Shown in pieces: positions 48,628-60,576 of a stretch of 64,000 nucleotides of DNA (positions are counted from its first letter, which is position 1; each line of letters opens with the position of its first letter). The translations under genes and the position numbers were made by a program. The DNA comes from Fistulifera solaris (taxonomy: Eukaryota). The notes beneath the pieces are model-generated. The model saw nothing but the letters and a program-made list of their open reading frames with translations. It was not told where the DNA came from and did no database searches. The stretch covers positions 1,364,001-1,428,000 of the forward strand of contig AP026126.1 of the NCBI GenBank assembly GCA_030295235.1, given 5' to 3'.

Positions 48628-48981
48628 ATGTGCATGTCAACCACAAATAATAGCTGCGAAATGGAACCTACTTCACGAACTTTATCTGAGCCAGTCCCGA
48701 AAAAACCAGATGTGCAATTTGCGATTGGCACCGCTGGATCCGTTCATGACATGAAATTGCAGTCACACAACAATCGGCGGAAATACGCTCGAAGAGGCTC
48801 TAAGACTCCTTTCATGTTGATGCTGAATGTGAAGCAGCTATCGCCAGTCAGTGATTACGACATTTCCATGACCGACAACACCTTCAACCGCAAACGCCGC
48901 ATGTCTGTCGTCTCGTCTCTCATACTGCAGTTTGAAGATTCAATATGCATTGAAAGCAAGTGTATAAAGAGAGACCGCTAG
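48628..48981 (+). CDS. Small hypothetical protein with RRKYARRGS / RKRRMS basic phospho-site-like motifs
   Basis: 117-aa ORF with an ATG start, downstream of a long intergenic region. No recognised domain. Confidence 0.45.
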   Translation: MCMSTTNNSCEMEPTSRTLSEPVPKKPDVQFAIGTAGSVHDMKLQSHNNRRKYARRGSKTPFMLMLNVKQLSPVSDYDISMTDNTFNRKRRMSVVSSLILQFEDSICIESKCIKRDR

Positions 48982-49259
48982 CAATTTTGTATGCCTGCTT
49001 AAGCCATATGTTTAATAATGCTTAAAAAACGCTATTCTTTCACCACTCTGGTCTTTTCATTTCCGCTTTTTCTTCAGACTCGTACCAGGTTACGTGCGCC
49101 TTGTCTGCATGACATTACTCAAAACAGACTACCTGGTAGAAAGCAAAAACCACCGCTGCAAGACGCAGCGTTAAAATTCAAAGGTAAAAGCTGAGTTGAA
49201 GAAAGAAAACTTAGGATGTATTACGGTTCTTTTATACATCTCGCCTCTCGTACAGACTT

Positions 49260-49946
49260 TTACTCGGATTCATCTTCAGCGTCCTCTTCTCTCGCGTAAA
49301 TGACATTATCGATGACTCCGAATGCGAGCGCTTGCTCTACATTCATGAAGTAATCACGATCCATACGACGCTCAATTTCTTCCAAAGATTGACCCGTGTG
49401 ATAAACAAATAGATTGTTCAAATTGGCCCTCGTGCGCAGAATTTCCTTGGCTTGTATATCAATGTCGGCAGCCATTCCTTGTGCTCCTCCGCTGGGTTGA
49501 TGAATCATGATACGCGCATTTGGCAAAGCCTTGCGACAACCTTTGGCGCCTCCCGCCAACAAAAGGGAACCCATAGATGCTGCCTGACCCATACACATGG
49601 TGTGTATTTCCGGCCGAATGTATTGCATAGTATCATAAATCGCCATACCCGCCGTGACTAATCCACCTGGGCTGTTAATGTACATGTGCACGGGCGATCG
49701 GGGGTCTTCGGCTTCTAAGAATAAAAGCTGCGCTGTCACGAGAGATGCCATCTGATCGGTGACTTCTCCATGCACACAAATGATTCGTTCTCTCAAAAGG
49801 CGCGAATAAATATCGAACGATCGTTCACCCAACGCCCCACTTTCTAATACAATTGGGACAGTATAAGATCGAGTCGTTGCGATAGCGGATCTGGTGCTCG
49901 GCGCTCGTGCTGCTTGCGCAAGGTATTTCATCAGCAAGCGTGTCAT
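49260..49946 (-). CDS. CLPP: ATP-dependent Clp protease proteolytic subunit, probably mitochondrial
   Basis: [43 protein letters not shown] and MDRD, with an Arg/Ser/Thr-rich presequence. Confidence 0.95.
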   Translation of the reverse strand: MTRLLMKYLAQAARAPSTRSAIATTRSYTVPIVLESGALGERSFDIYSRLLRERIICVHGEVTDQMASLVTAQLLFLEAEDPRSPVHMYINSPGGLVTAGMAIYDTMQYIRPEIHTMCMGQAASMGSLLLAGGAKGCRKALPNARIMIHQPSGGAQGMAADIDIQAKEILRTRANLNNLFVYHTGQSLEEIERRMDRDYFMNVEQALAFGVIDNVIYAREEDAEDESE

Positions 49947-50413
49947 AGTAGGATTACTCTAACGGTGATGGGAATGAGTACGATTACAATAGTTTACAAA
50001 GACATAAACTGAATGATCAACTGCAATAAGACTGATCCCATTCATCATGGCGGAGTGCATCGAGCATCGAGAGACGAGATATCGTCGTCGTGGTGACGAC
50101 TGACACATGACTGAAATCCGATCGTAGTGAAAGGTCGTCTACTTATTGTGATATAGTAGAAGCGTACGATATGATTTTATTGTGAGCCGTCCTTTATTCG
50201 TCCGTCGACGTGCGATTTTTCGAACAACAAAGAATTCAACGAGCAGGCACAACAACCGAAAGAACAGTCAAGAATGCAAAATCAAAGCATTTTGATCACA
50301 ACAAGACCACTATTATCATTCTTTGAAATACATCCTCATAAATCTGGGAAGTTTTGACTGAACGCGCACGGTAAAGCATTACACGCGTCACTTGCAAGTT
50401 GACGCATTTGAAT

Positions 50414-51408
50414 ATGCAGACGCTACGTTTACTTTGTGTTGCTCTCCTTTCGAGGCCCTGGTCGTTTACCTCCAGCACCGTGATGCAACCTGTCCTTGGT
50501 TTCACACAAGCGTCTTCGGTAAGGTACAGCGGAACCGGAATTGCGTTAGCAGATACGGAAACAACGTGTAAAGCCGTTCCTACGTCTCAGTCAAATGCAA
50601 CGAACCATCCGCTTACATGGCGACAAAAACTTCAAAAAGGGATTGAATCGTCTCAGTTGAATACGTATCATTTAATTTGGTCAAAGGGGCGTGGAAGAAG
50701 CTTACGACGGGAACCATATCTCTATTTGCGGCGAATACTCTGTTTTCTCTTTACCCACAAGCAAATATCTTTCAGACTATATTGGATTACTTGAGCAAAT
50801 CGCAATTCGAGCCACTCTCTGCTTTGGCTACGGGCATTATTCTGCCTTTTTTGGCCAGTGCATGCTGTCTCCTGCAGCTTTGGATTAACCTACTGGCAGG
50901 TGGTTGTGCGGGATTTAACACGATTTTGGGGCCTGTACGTCCTTACTTTCTCTCAATTCTATTCTACATCACGCTGACCACTGGGCGGTGGCATTCTGGA
51001 AAATGGTATTTAGTGACAACGACTCGATGGCTAGTTGCGCTGTCGCCCGAGTTGCTGCATATCTGGAATGCTTGGAGTGAAAACAGTCGCCAGCACATCT
51101 CTTCCGACGTTTTAACGATGCCTTTCCAGGCCACTTTGAAGTTGGATATACCCACCATGGGATGTGTGGCATGTATCAACAAAATTAATTCGGCACTAAA
51201 CACAGATGGACGTATCTTAGAAGCAAATTCCGAACTAAATCCGTTAGGCGCGAAAGGAGGATACGCGACTGTTCGTGTCGCGTCGCAGACACGAGAAGAA
51301 TTAGATCAGTTATGTGAAAAGATTGTTCAGTCGATTGAAAAGGCTGGCTTTGAGCCGTGCCGTATTGAATCGATGGAACTGGTCAAGACTCCCGATCTTC
51401 TGCAGTGA
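50414..51408 (+). CDS. Membrane protein with a TM Cys-Cys motif and a C-terminal heavy-metal-associated (HMA) domain
   Basis: Signal-like N-terminus. ILPFLASACCLLQL..GGCAGFNT.LGPVRPYFL membrane region, then LKLDIPTMGCVACINKINSAL...IEKAGF HMA domain. Slip at a G-run near 50688. Confidence 0.75.
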
Positions 51409-52789
51409 CGCAAAGGTAGTTTGAAGCCAATCTATATAAACATCACTTGGCTAGCCATGAAATTGAAAATAACTTCGGCGGAAATGGGTGATAAACGTCT
51501 TTTAAATTTAACTAATCGCACTGCTTATTAGACATTGAGCAGTAATTGTACAATATTCATCAAGCATATGTAGGCTGCATCAAGCTGGATAAAGCACGGC
51601 AAACCTGGCAAAAATAATCATTTTTCGAAAAATGATTATGGCAAACGACCGCCGCACCCACAATCCTATGATCGTCAAGCAGAAAAACTTCCGAGCAGCA
51701 TCAATCCTGAAATACAGGGTTTTAGTTGAAAGAGATAATTGTTGCCAATCGGAGAGATGGCCGATATCGGAAGTGTATCTTTCAGAGTAGGAGGAGTCGG
51801 CGGCTTGCAGAAGCGTTTCGACAGCAGAATCTGATGCTTGACAACAGGATAATGACCACAACATGTTTTCTAAAAGCTATATGAGGAAGTCGCCGCAATT
51901 TATTACAAATAATACGGTTGATCATTGCAAAATGTGCCGTGACCTGATAGATGCGTCAATGAGAACAGTCGACACCTTGTCACAAAAATAGGAAGAAACG
52001 GGGCACCGAACTGCCTTTGCGTCATTTTTCGTACCCTCGATGTGTCTCATACTATGGTTGATAGGTAGGTATCCGCAAATCGCCATGAAATTGGAAAGAT
52101 ATCTATGCTAAGGTCATCGATGGCCTGAAAGTGGCAAGAAAAGGGCCAACAATCGTTTCCATCAGCATTTTTTAGCCCAAGAACACGGTTTGCTCACACT
52201 AGAATTAAATAGTTCACGTAAGGTCAAACTACTACTAGTTCCATTAAAAAAGTCAAGGTGGCTTCGGAGCGGTACTCCTGCTTTTGGGATTGTCGCAGTC
52301 GCCTTGGGTGCATGGACAGACTGTACCCGTTTATGGCTCGTGACTAAATATTTGTTGACCTCTTCCGGGACTTGATGTTTAGTGTACAATTTGTGTGGCA
52401 GTGAGACTGCAAAAATTCTGCTCTCTTTTTTTCTTTACGGTGTCTTTTCCGATGAACAGACGATTCGCTTTACGAAGATGTTCCTTCCAATGAAGGCAGG
52501 TGAAAGTAATTTGTGCTTAACGCGTCCACATAGCTGATCAGAAACGAATCGGCCGATGACTGAGGGATGATGATGCACCTTAATCTCATGTTGTTGCTCT
52601 TCTCTCCGACAAATGTGGAAGGATTCGTGAAACTAGTGTACCGCTCAACAGCCATCTTGTCTTTCTCTTTTGCTCGAAAATGGGTAAATTCTTCTCCTGG
52701 AGTCCTTCCGCGGCCCGCTTGACACGGGCTGTTATCGGTTCGAGCTGTGACAGTACCCGTTGAATCGATCAACTTATCGATTCCAACTT

Positions 52790-54491
52790 ATCTCATCCGG
52801 ATCGTTTTCTTACGAGCAATGGCTTTTGTGAATTTGGTGGCATTTTGGATTGCTTATAAGAAAATAAAGCACTGATCGGAGATAATGGTCTCACTCCGGC
52901 CCCGCGAAAATCTCGACGCTGCTGAACAAAGAGGCCGACAAAAGATGCAACTACGACTGGAGTGGCGAAAGCAGAATCATACAGAGCCCTCTATTCCGTT
53001 TTCTGTACGTTGAAGAAAAGATAAAATACCGCGGTGGATAGGAAAGTGCGTGAATCAGAATCCTCGTCTTTTACGTGCGAGGGAAGTTTTATGGGATCGG
53101 TCTAATTCACTGGATCGACCGCTCCCTACAATGTTATGGCTTGTCAAAGATCGAGAACGACTGAATCTTTCGCTGGATCGCATCGCCCTTACTGGATTAT
53201 CCGTATCGGGGAGATTTTCTTCTTGGGGCGGCCAATGTACCTCTCGTTTTGGCGGTAGGTAGGCTAGTTAATCGTTCGTGCTTTCGGAGAACAAGTCGTT
53301 ACTCATTTTCTGACTCAGCTCTGGCTCTGTCAACGCTCTCTGATGGCAGTTGGTGGACGTTGGCACAGTTTCGGGTGGGAACCTCAACTCGCTGAACTTA
53401 GCCTTCATTCTCTCTTTCTGGTGCCGTTTCTGCCTCTCAATCCACTACCCAAAAAGATGTTTCCGCAGCGACACAGTGGACGATTCGTTGGATGCTCTTT
53501 CGTATCATGATGGGGGCTGGATTAATCAAACTTCGTAGCAAAGACAAGAAGTGGAAAGATTTTAGCGCAATGGATCATTTTTACGAGACACAGCCCGTTC
53601 CAAATCCACTGAGACGGTATTTTCACTGGATGCCGCGATGGTGGCACAAGGGGGAAGTTTTGGCGAATCATTTTGTGGAACTCATAGCGCCATGGTTTGT
53701 CATTCTTCCCGGTATACCTAGGTCATGGCGCCTTTTCGGTGGATTGACACAAAAAAATATTTCAGCTCATTCTCATCATGGCGGGCAATTTTTTCTCAAC
53801 TGGCTGACAATGGTTCCGGCAATCATGACTCTGGACGATGCTTTCTGTCAAGAGCATTTCCACCACCTTATCGGCAACTAGCTTTAGAGCGAGCTTTGGC
53901 TCATGACTCATCTTTGCACACGCAAGCCATCAGCCTACTCTTCATTATTCTTATTGTAAGGTTAAGTGTTCCGGTGGTGCGCAACTTACTATCAAAACAC
54001 CAAAAAATGAACTCTTCCTTCGATCCCTTGCGCCTGGTGAACACGTGAGGTCTGTACGAATTGATTGTATCGTCTGCATCGAGTCAAACGGAGAATGGAG
54101 CGATTATGACTTCAAGGTGAAGATAGGTAATATCGACCGGTCTCCACGATTTATATCTCCTTACCATTATCGACGGGATTGGGTCATGTGAATTGCTGCG
54201 ACAGAAACACGAAGTGTGGACTAATGTCTCTGGTTGTATCGTTTGTTAAGCAAATTGTTACAACAAGATCGCGAAGTGCTTGGTCTACTCGAGAAGGATC
54301 CCTGGAAAGACACTTTCGTCAAACCAAAATACATCAAACTCGATATGAATTTGTATCGATTGCACAGAAAGCAACCCGAAGAAGAAAACCCACCCTACTG
54401 GGACCGCAAATTCATTAAACGCATATATCAAAAGGGACGTTTGGCATCTTTGAACGATCTAGACGAGAGAATAGAATTTTTGTCACGTTAA
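52790..54491 (+). pseudogene. Lipase maturation factor (LMF1-like) pseudogene
   Basis: RIVFLRAMAFV, NKALIGDNGLTP, FRIMMGAGLIKLR, YETQPVPNPL, FLNWLTMVP, FDPLRLVNT and PYHYRRDW are recognisable. They are broken by several indels, substitution stops (VNT-TGA 54046, VM-TGA about 54188) and an apparent deletion. Confidence 0.8.
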
Positions 54492-54556
54492 ATGACTTCA
54501 TCAAATAATTACTGTGAACATCACTAGCTACATTTCTAAAAAGCCCGATCACCATT

Positions 54557-55318
54557 CTAAACGGACATAAGTTCAAGAGAAGTTCCCATTCCCATGTTCA
54601 TCCCATTGTATTGAGCTACAGCCTTCTTGGCAGATTCGATGTCTTCAAAGGTAACCTTTCCTTTTAGAATCATGGGAAAATCTTCATCGACGGCGCATTC
54701 GAAATCCGCCACGGCACCGAGAGACTCCAAAGTCATCCTGCAGGCGGCTTCTCCCATGTTCGCGGGAAATCCACTGAACACAATAGTGGGACTATTCACC
54801 GGCGGAGGGGCATTCAAAGCCGCTTCACACTTTCGCAACAAACCCTTGTAGTCCTTTCCGTATCGCTGAAGCGCCAAGTCCGGGTTGGTGAGATACTCCG
54901 TGACGGCATTCATCGCATTGTGATCATCCTTCGCTTTGAGTCCGTTGTAAAATTCGGCAAAAGCGGGCTTGGTCCACATGGCCTCTTCAAATTTGGAAGA
55001 AAACTTCTCGGGTCGTTTCTTTTCCGTGGTGCCTCCCAACTTTCCGGAAAATCGCAAGCGTACTTCTACCAACATGAGTTTGACATCCATTTCATTCATT
55101 GCTTGACTGACGCGAATTCCTTTTTCTAAAAGTTCTTCTTCTACTTCTTCGAACGTCATTGGCTGCACATTGTTGAATTCTTGAGCGACCAGAGGATCGT
55201 TGTAGTCTAACGCCATTTTCAGCGCCGTTGCCTTGGTTCTCAGCACCAAGGCAGCCGGAACCTAAGCATGCGATACTGCTAGTGATGCAACGACGAAAAG
55301 AGAGCTGAGTCGTACCAT
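54557..55318 (-). CDS. Plastid-targeted protein with a C-terminal RRM-like domain; in-frame TAG at codon 19
   Basis: MVRLSSLFVVASLAVSHA*VPAALVLRTKATALKM presequence. C-terminus TIVFSGFPANMGE...KGKVTFEDIESAKKAVAQYNGMNMG is RRM-like. Confidence 0.7.
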
Positions 55319-55668
55319 GGTTGATTGCAAAAGAGGAAAATAAAGCTTGCAAATGTAATTTCGTGTCGAGCTTCGAGGACTGACGATGACGCTTTCTTGA
55401 TTTCTTGATGTGCGAGCGACAGAGGGCTTTTTTGTGGAATGGCAAGCTCCACGCGTTACAAAATTGTCGCACTCTACGTCATCAGCGGACGAGAACGTGT
55501 TGGTTACCGAAGCGATCTTTGACGGATAGCCAAAAAGGGAGAGATCCAAGAAACAAAGGACCAACGACGATTTTGATGCAGTCAAAACAAATGAAGCAAA
55601 ATTAAAATAATCACTCTTTAACGAATAGAAAGGTGAAAGACGCGCTGGCGAATTCGTATAAGAATAGA

Positions 55669-58634
55669 ATGTTTTACAGAATAAAGGAAAATTGCTCCCG
55701 GAAAAGGCGGCGATTCGTCGCATGGTGCGAACTTTTCATAATGCTGACGCTACCGATAGTCTGCGTCTTTTCTCAGGATTCGGAGGAAATCCTAGACAAA
55801 AATGCCGGCTCACACGCGCGTCCCGTCGTTGTAGATATTCCGCAATTCGGTCGGGTACAAGGCAAACGTCTTTCGGGTACTGACTTCTTTGGAGGCGTCC
55901 CTTATGCAGCACCCCGGTCGGAAATCTCCGATGGGCCCCTCCGGAACCAGCAGCTCCTTGGAGTCCAGCGAAACTCGACGCCTCTCACTTCGGTCCCGAC
56001 TGTTGGCAAATATACGATCCTCTTATCAACCCGACAGCGGATATTGATCAAATGTCCGAGGATTGTTTGTATTTAAATGTGTTTACACCAGCGGGGCACT
56101 CGGCACGGAGTGATCGGCTACCGGTTATGGTTTGGTTACATGGAGGCGCCTTTCGACAAGGCGGGGCCAGACGAGCTGAATATGACGGTCGACGACTCGC
56201 AGAACGGGGTACGATTGTGGTTACACTTAATTATCGGCTCGGGGCGTTGGGATTCTTGGTTAGTAGTTCGGACGGCTTACTTGGAAATTTCGGTCTGATG
56301 GATCAAAGAGCGGCCTTGTTTTGGGTTAAAGAAAACATTCGCTATTTTGGCGGCGATCCAGATAATGTTACCTTGTTTGGCGAGTCGGCGGGAGCTGTCA
56401 TGACGCTTCTGCATCTCATGATGGATGGCGCAGGAAAACTCTTTCACAAGGCCATCATTCAAAGTAACCCGCTGGGCTTTCAATTCCGGTCAATCGTTGT
56501 TGCAGACTTTATAGGTGAAGCACTAAAACATTCCGTGGATTGTCGTGATTTGGCTTGTTTGCGGTCCGAACGAGTTGAGGAAATCATGAGGGCACAGTCG
56601 AGTTTGATGGGCGTACCTCGAAGTGTGGTATGTATCAGCCTTGCTCTGTTTTCAACTATTGTTGCCCCATTGCTTATTGATCATTCATCTACGCTAGGGA
56701 GATTTTTTTACATGGGCACCCACATTGAGTGATTCTCTTAAACTTGTCGTGGGGATACCAAAGGGAGGCTTCGGAAACGGATCACCGTTGAGTCGCGGCC
56801 ATGACATGTTTCGCGACTTGGATTCGTGGAAGTGGCAAATGAATAGAGATACGGCATGGGCAGCTGTTAATGTCTCCCAGCCACTGAAAAACCTGGATCT
56901 GATTCCAGATGATATTCCTATTATTATCGGAGCCAACAAGCATGAGGGTGAAATGTTTGTTCACGGGGCTTTTCCAATTACAATGTCAAAGGCCGTGTAC
57001 TGGATGTTTGTGGGCGCTCTTTTCCGTGACAGTGCTTCGCGCGTTTTGCGACACTACCGTGGGTACGTGGATCAGATTGAGAGAGAAGCCCAGGAGCTTG
57101 CGCGATTCCAAATCGAGGAAGAAGAAAATCGCCAATACTACCTCGAAAATCGGGAACAGCTCGAGAAGGAGTATCAAATGCTTCTCGAAATGAATGTATC
57201 CAGTACAGATGACGTGACCGAAAGACCAGGGATAGAAGAGTTCGTTGCGACGTGGTCGAGAGGAGGAAGTATTGCGAGCAATCACGGAAACTCGAGCCGT
57301 AATTTTTTTTACTCGATTGTGGCCGTTCCCTAGCTATAGAACATCGCTTTCCGACGAGGAAAAGTCAAGGATTCGAGAAGAAAGGCGAAAAGTGAGAGCT
57401 AAAGAAAAAGCATTGCGCGAAGCGGCCAAAGTTGTAGTTGACTACCGGCCTGTTATGAGCAGAATCATTGACGATTACTTATTTCGCTGTCCTGCATGGC
57501 ATTTCGCTCATAAATTGAGCCAAATGAGGTTACGAAAAGGACATCCAAACAATGTCTACGTATACCAGTTCAGTCATTCGACACATATTCCAGGATTTAA
57601 AGAGTGCTGGGGAAAGGCATGTCATACAGCGGAAATTCCCTACGCTTTTGAAGCAATGGACATTATTCGGGCAAATTATTCTACGCTTAGTCCAATTGCT
57701 CAGAGAGAAGCACCTCAATCACCCGAATACCCGTACACGGATTTTCTTGCCGCATACCGAGAGGCGTTACAAGCCGCCGACCGCGACGATGCAGAAGAAC
57801 CTGGAGACTTGGGCGATCACAACTACACCCAATCAACAAATTTTCAGCGCATCTTAGATCATTTCTTCGGAGATTATTTTAAAGAAGACCCAGATGAAGA
57901 TATCGCAAATGACATGGCGAACCGGTGGTACGCATTTGCCCGGAACGGCGATCCTAACTATCTAGAAAGCAAGGCAAAATGGAGACCGTGGCGCTATGCT
58001 CTAGAGGAACAGGAAGGCGACAATCAACGCTTTGAGAAAGATTTTCACAAAATCGGAAAAGAATTTGACTTGGATCACATCTTCTCACTTGAAAATATTG
58101 GCGACGAGGAGCGGGACAATTCAACAATGACGGAAGGCTTCTCTTGGTCCGGGGCATTTGAGGAGCGAGTTTTTCGACGCCGAGTTCTCGACGAGCTTGG
58201 GATGGAAGTTGCAGCAGAGGATGTTTTCCAAACGATGCTTCGAAGGAAAGTAAAACCTGGCGAAGATCAAGATTACTCCTTTAACAGTCTACTATTTGGA
58301 AGCGTCACGGGCCCCAAATCTCGACAAGGAAGCCGGGAACAGCAAAGAAGACGTAAAGCCTTGAGGCAACTAGTTCAGATAGCTCAAGACATGAAAATTA
58401 TGGGGACTGGTATTCAAGGTGACCACCGAAGAGGGCAAACAGTTAGTTCATTGGAGGACGATTTCTTTCCACAGATATTGGAATTAAAATGGCCACCAGA
58501 AGATCGGTTGGTCGAACGAGACTGCACATGTGACATGTGGGACAGAATACGATGTAAGTACATTTACGTTTCAATCCATAAAGTGGCCGATCAACTGACA
58601 CACTTTCAATTCATAACGACTAGATCGATATTAA
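55669..58634 (+). CDS. Type-B carboxylesterase/cholinesterase-like protein with large insertions
   Basis: FGGVPYAAPP, SEDCLYLNVFTP, WLHGGAF, NYRLGALGFL, GNFGLMDQ, FGGDPDNVTLFGESAG, GANKHEG, CHTAEIPYAF and WYAFARNGDPN. Introns near 56628-56697 and 58554-58623; slips near 55913 and 57305. Confidence 0.88.
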
Positions 58635-58815
58635 TAATGGAAGCATTCTAAATTAAAAGAAAGTCACGCTATTCATTAAAGGATAACAATCTCCGGTACA
58701 TTTCCGTATCGTTCTTTCCCTTCGTCCAACATCACCTTCATATCAATAATTTGGGGAAACATTCTCAAAACGTTTGTACTTTGCGTGTTCGTTCGGAAAC
58801 GAACTTCTAGGCATT

Positions 58816-60282
58816 TCAGCTCTTTTCGCATATCACAACCAGCGGAATCATTTCTTCACTGTAGCGCCGAAGTCTTCTAAGGAGAAACTCTTGGTTAGCC
58901 AGAACTGCGAGATGCGAATTGTCTGGGCAGTGTTTCCACAAACCAAGATTCAACAGAGACGAGGCGTATCCTTCTAGCATCCTCCATCCGCCCTGGCGCT
59001 CGATCTCTTTCCTTACTTTAGGAGCAGTCCAGAGACTTACAAGAAATTTACAAGCCTTTGCGGCCGCCAAGAATTTGTACGCATATTCGATCTCAGTCAA
59101 TATCTGAGCGAGCTGATCGTCATCAAGCGAGATAGGGGTTCCTTTTAAATGGAAGCGAAGGTCGGGCTGTGCGAAGAACGTCTCTTTAAGCAAAGGCTTC
59201 TCCAGTTTCTCGTCAAGTAAACTTTGAAGCCCAAAGAAATTGTTGACGTGAAACAGTGCGGAGGACACAATTGCTGATATGCAATTGTCTTCCACTACCG
59301 CATTGTCAGCCTTTGATGCCACTTTCATTGACACAAATTCTGTGATCTTTGAATACCTTGCACTCCGTTCTTCGTAATGAATATCCTTAGGCGTCAAACG
59401 AGGTGGGGCGCAGTTGAAAAGTTTTCGAAGGTAGTACCGGATGCCATGGCCGAGCTTCTCGATCAATCGCCGTTCGGCAAGTAGGAGGTCGACCTCATGT
59501 ACACGACCCATTATGCGGTCCAAGACGTTTTCGACCTCCTTCTTATAGTCTCCCATGACTTTCTCAATACGCTTGGTGTTTTCAATCCCTACAGCTTTGG
59601 CACATTCTTCCAGCAAAGAGGTACTAGACGGAATAGAATTCTCTTTCTTGTCAACTGCTCCAAGAAAGTTTATCAGGTCCCTCATTTGAAACATAGTAGT
59701 ATTCATGATGACTGCATCTTTCATATCCGTCAGTGATTTTACACAAAGAACAACTTTGGTTAAGGCGCTGATTGCTTTGTGTTGATGCCCTGTTGAAGTT
59801 TCTCCCTCCCGATCGACGGGCACTACCACGGACGAACAATCGTGAGTACTAAAGGCCACACGTCGTTGCCCTGTCTTCTTGTTGACGCCATAGGATGGAT
59901 CTGCCGAGACAGCCTCTACTGCCACAAAAGCACGAAGAAGGTCCAAAAGGGGACTTTCGTTGTAGTCATATCTCTTGTTCGACGTTAAAAAGAAAAGAGA
60001 AAAGACTGACGGAAGGACAGCATCCTGTATACAGTCGAATTTGTGAGAAGAAGGAAGGGAATGGGCACAAAAAGCTGGCGTAAAACAAAAAAAAGTACTG
60101 ACCAGTCGGGCCGCATCGGGGAAAAGTTCTTTTTTGCACGCAATGATAGCGTCGGCTGTAACACCATTGTCTGGAAGAGTGCCACACGACGACGAAAATA
60201 AACGTTTGGGAGTTTTGTTCGAATCAGATGCCTCCAGAGCCTCCGCCTTGCGCTTGATGGCGCTCCTCGTTCTTGCGGTCAT
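58816..60282 (-). CDS. Hypothetical protein (NLS-like KRK at the N-terminus); 3' end uncertain
   Basis: Long open frame from ATG 60282 (MTARTRSAIKRKAE) with a probable short intron about 60026-60099. No recognised domain. Confidence 0.55.
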   Translation of the reverse strand: MTARTRSAIKRKAEALEASDSNKTPKRLFSSSCGTLPDNGVTADAIIACKKELFPDAARLVSTFFCFTPAFCAHSLPSSHKFDCIQDAVLPSVFSLFFLTSNKRYDYNESPLLDLLRAFVAVEAVSADPSYGVNKKTGQRRVAFSTHDCSSVVVPVDREGETSTGHQHKAISALTKVVLCVKSLTDMKDAVIMNTTMFQMRDLINFLGAVDKKENSIPSSTSLLEECAKAVGIENTKRIEKVMGDYKKEVENVLDRIMGRVHEVDLLLAERRLIEKLGHGIRYYLRKLFNCAPPRLTPKDIHYEERSARYSKITEFVSMKVASKADNAVVEDNCISAIVSSALFHVNNFFGLQSLLDEKLEKPLLKETFFAQPDLRFHLKGTPISLDDDQLAQILTEIEYAYKFLAAAKACKFLVSLWTAPKVRKEIERQGGWRMLEGYASSLLNLGLWKHCPDNSHLAVLANQEFLLRRLRRYSEEMIPLVVICEKS

Positions 60283-60576
60283 GTTACCGAAAATGAAAGT
60301 AAATATAAGCAACTGGAAACGTTCTTTCTGACACAAGCAAAAGGATAAACGCGATAGTGGTTTTAAACTCATCTTGCTGTGAGGCGCAGCGTTCCTTGTT
60401 GCCGCATTGTGACAAGCAAACAGAATGTTGGCATGCGCGCATTTAAATTCTGGTCGACTTTGATTTAGAGGTCTGAAAAGAACAAAGTACACAAATAAAA
60501 TATGTCAGTTCCGTTCAAAAGTTCCGTCTCTATCTGAAATCCAAGAAGGAGTGCTGTACTCAGTTCAATAGCGGTA

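Noticed and set aside
51500..52780. Short ORFs between the HMA gene and the LMF pseudogene
   Set aside because: No recognisable product and frequent stops.
54046..54048. TGA in the LMF-like gene as selenocysteine or read-through
   Set aside because: It aligns to Tyr, not Cys, and sits among many other lesions in a pseudogene.
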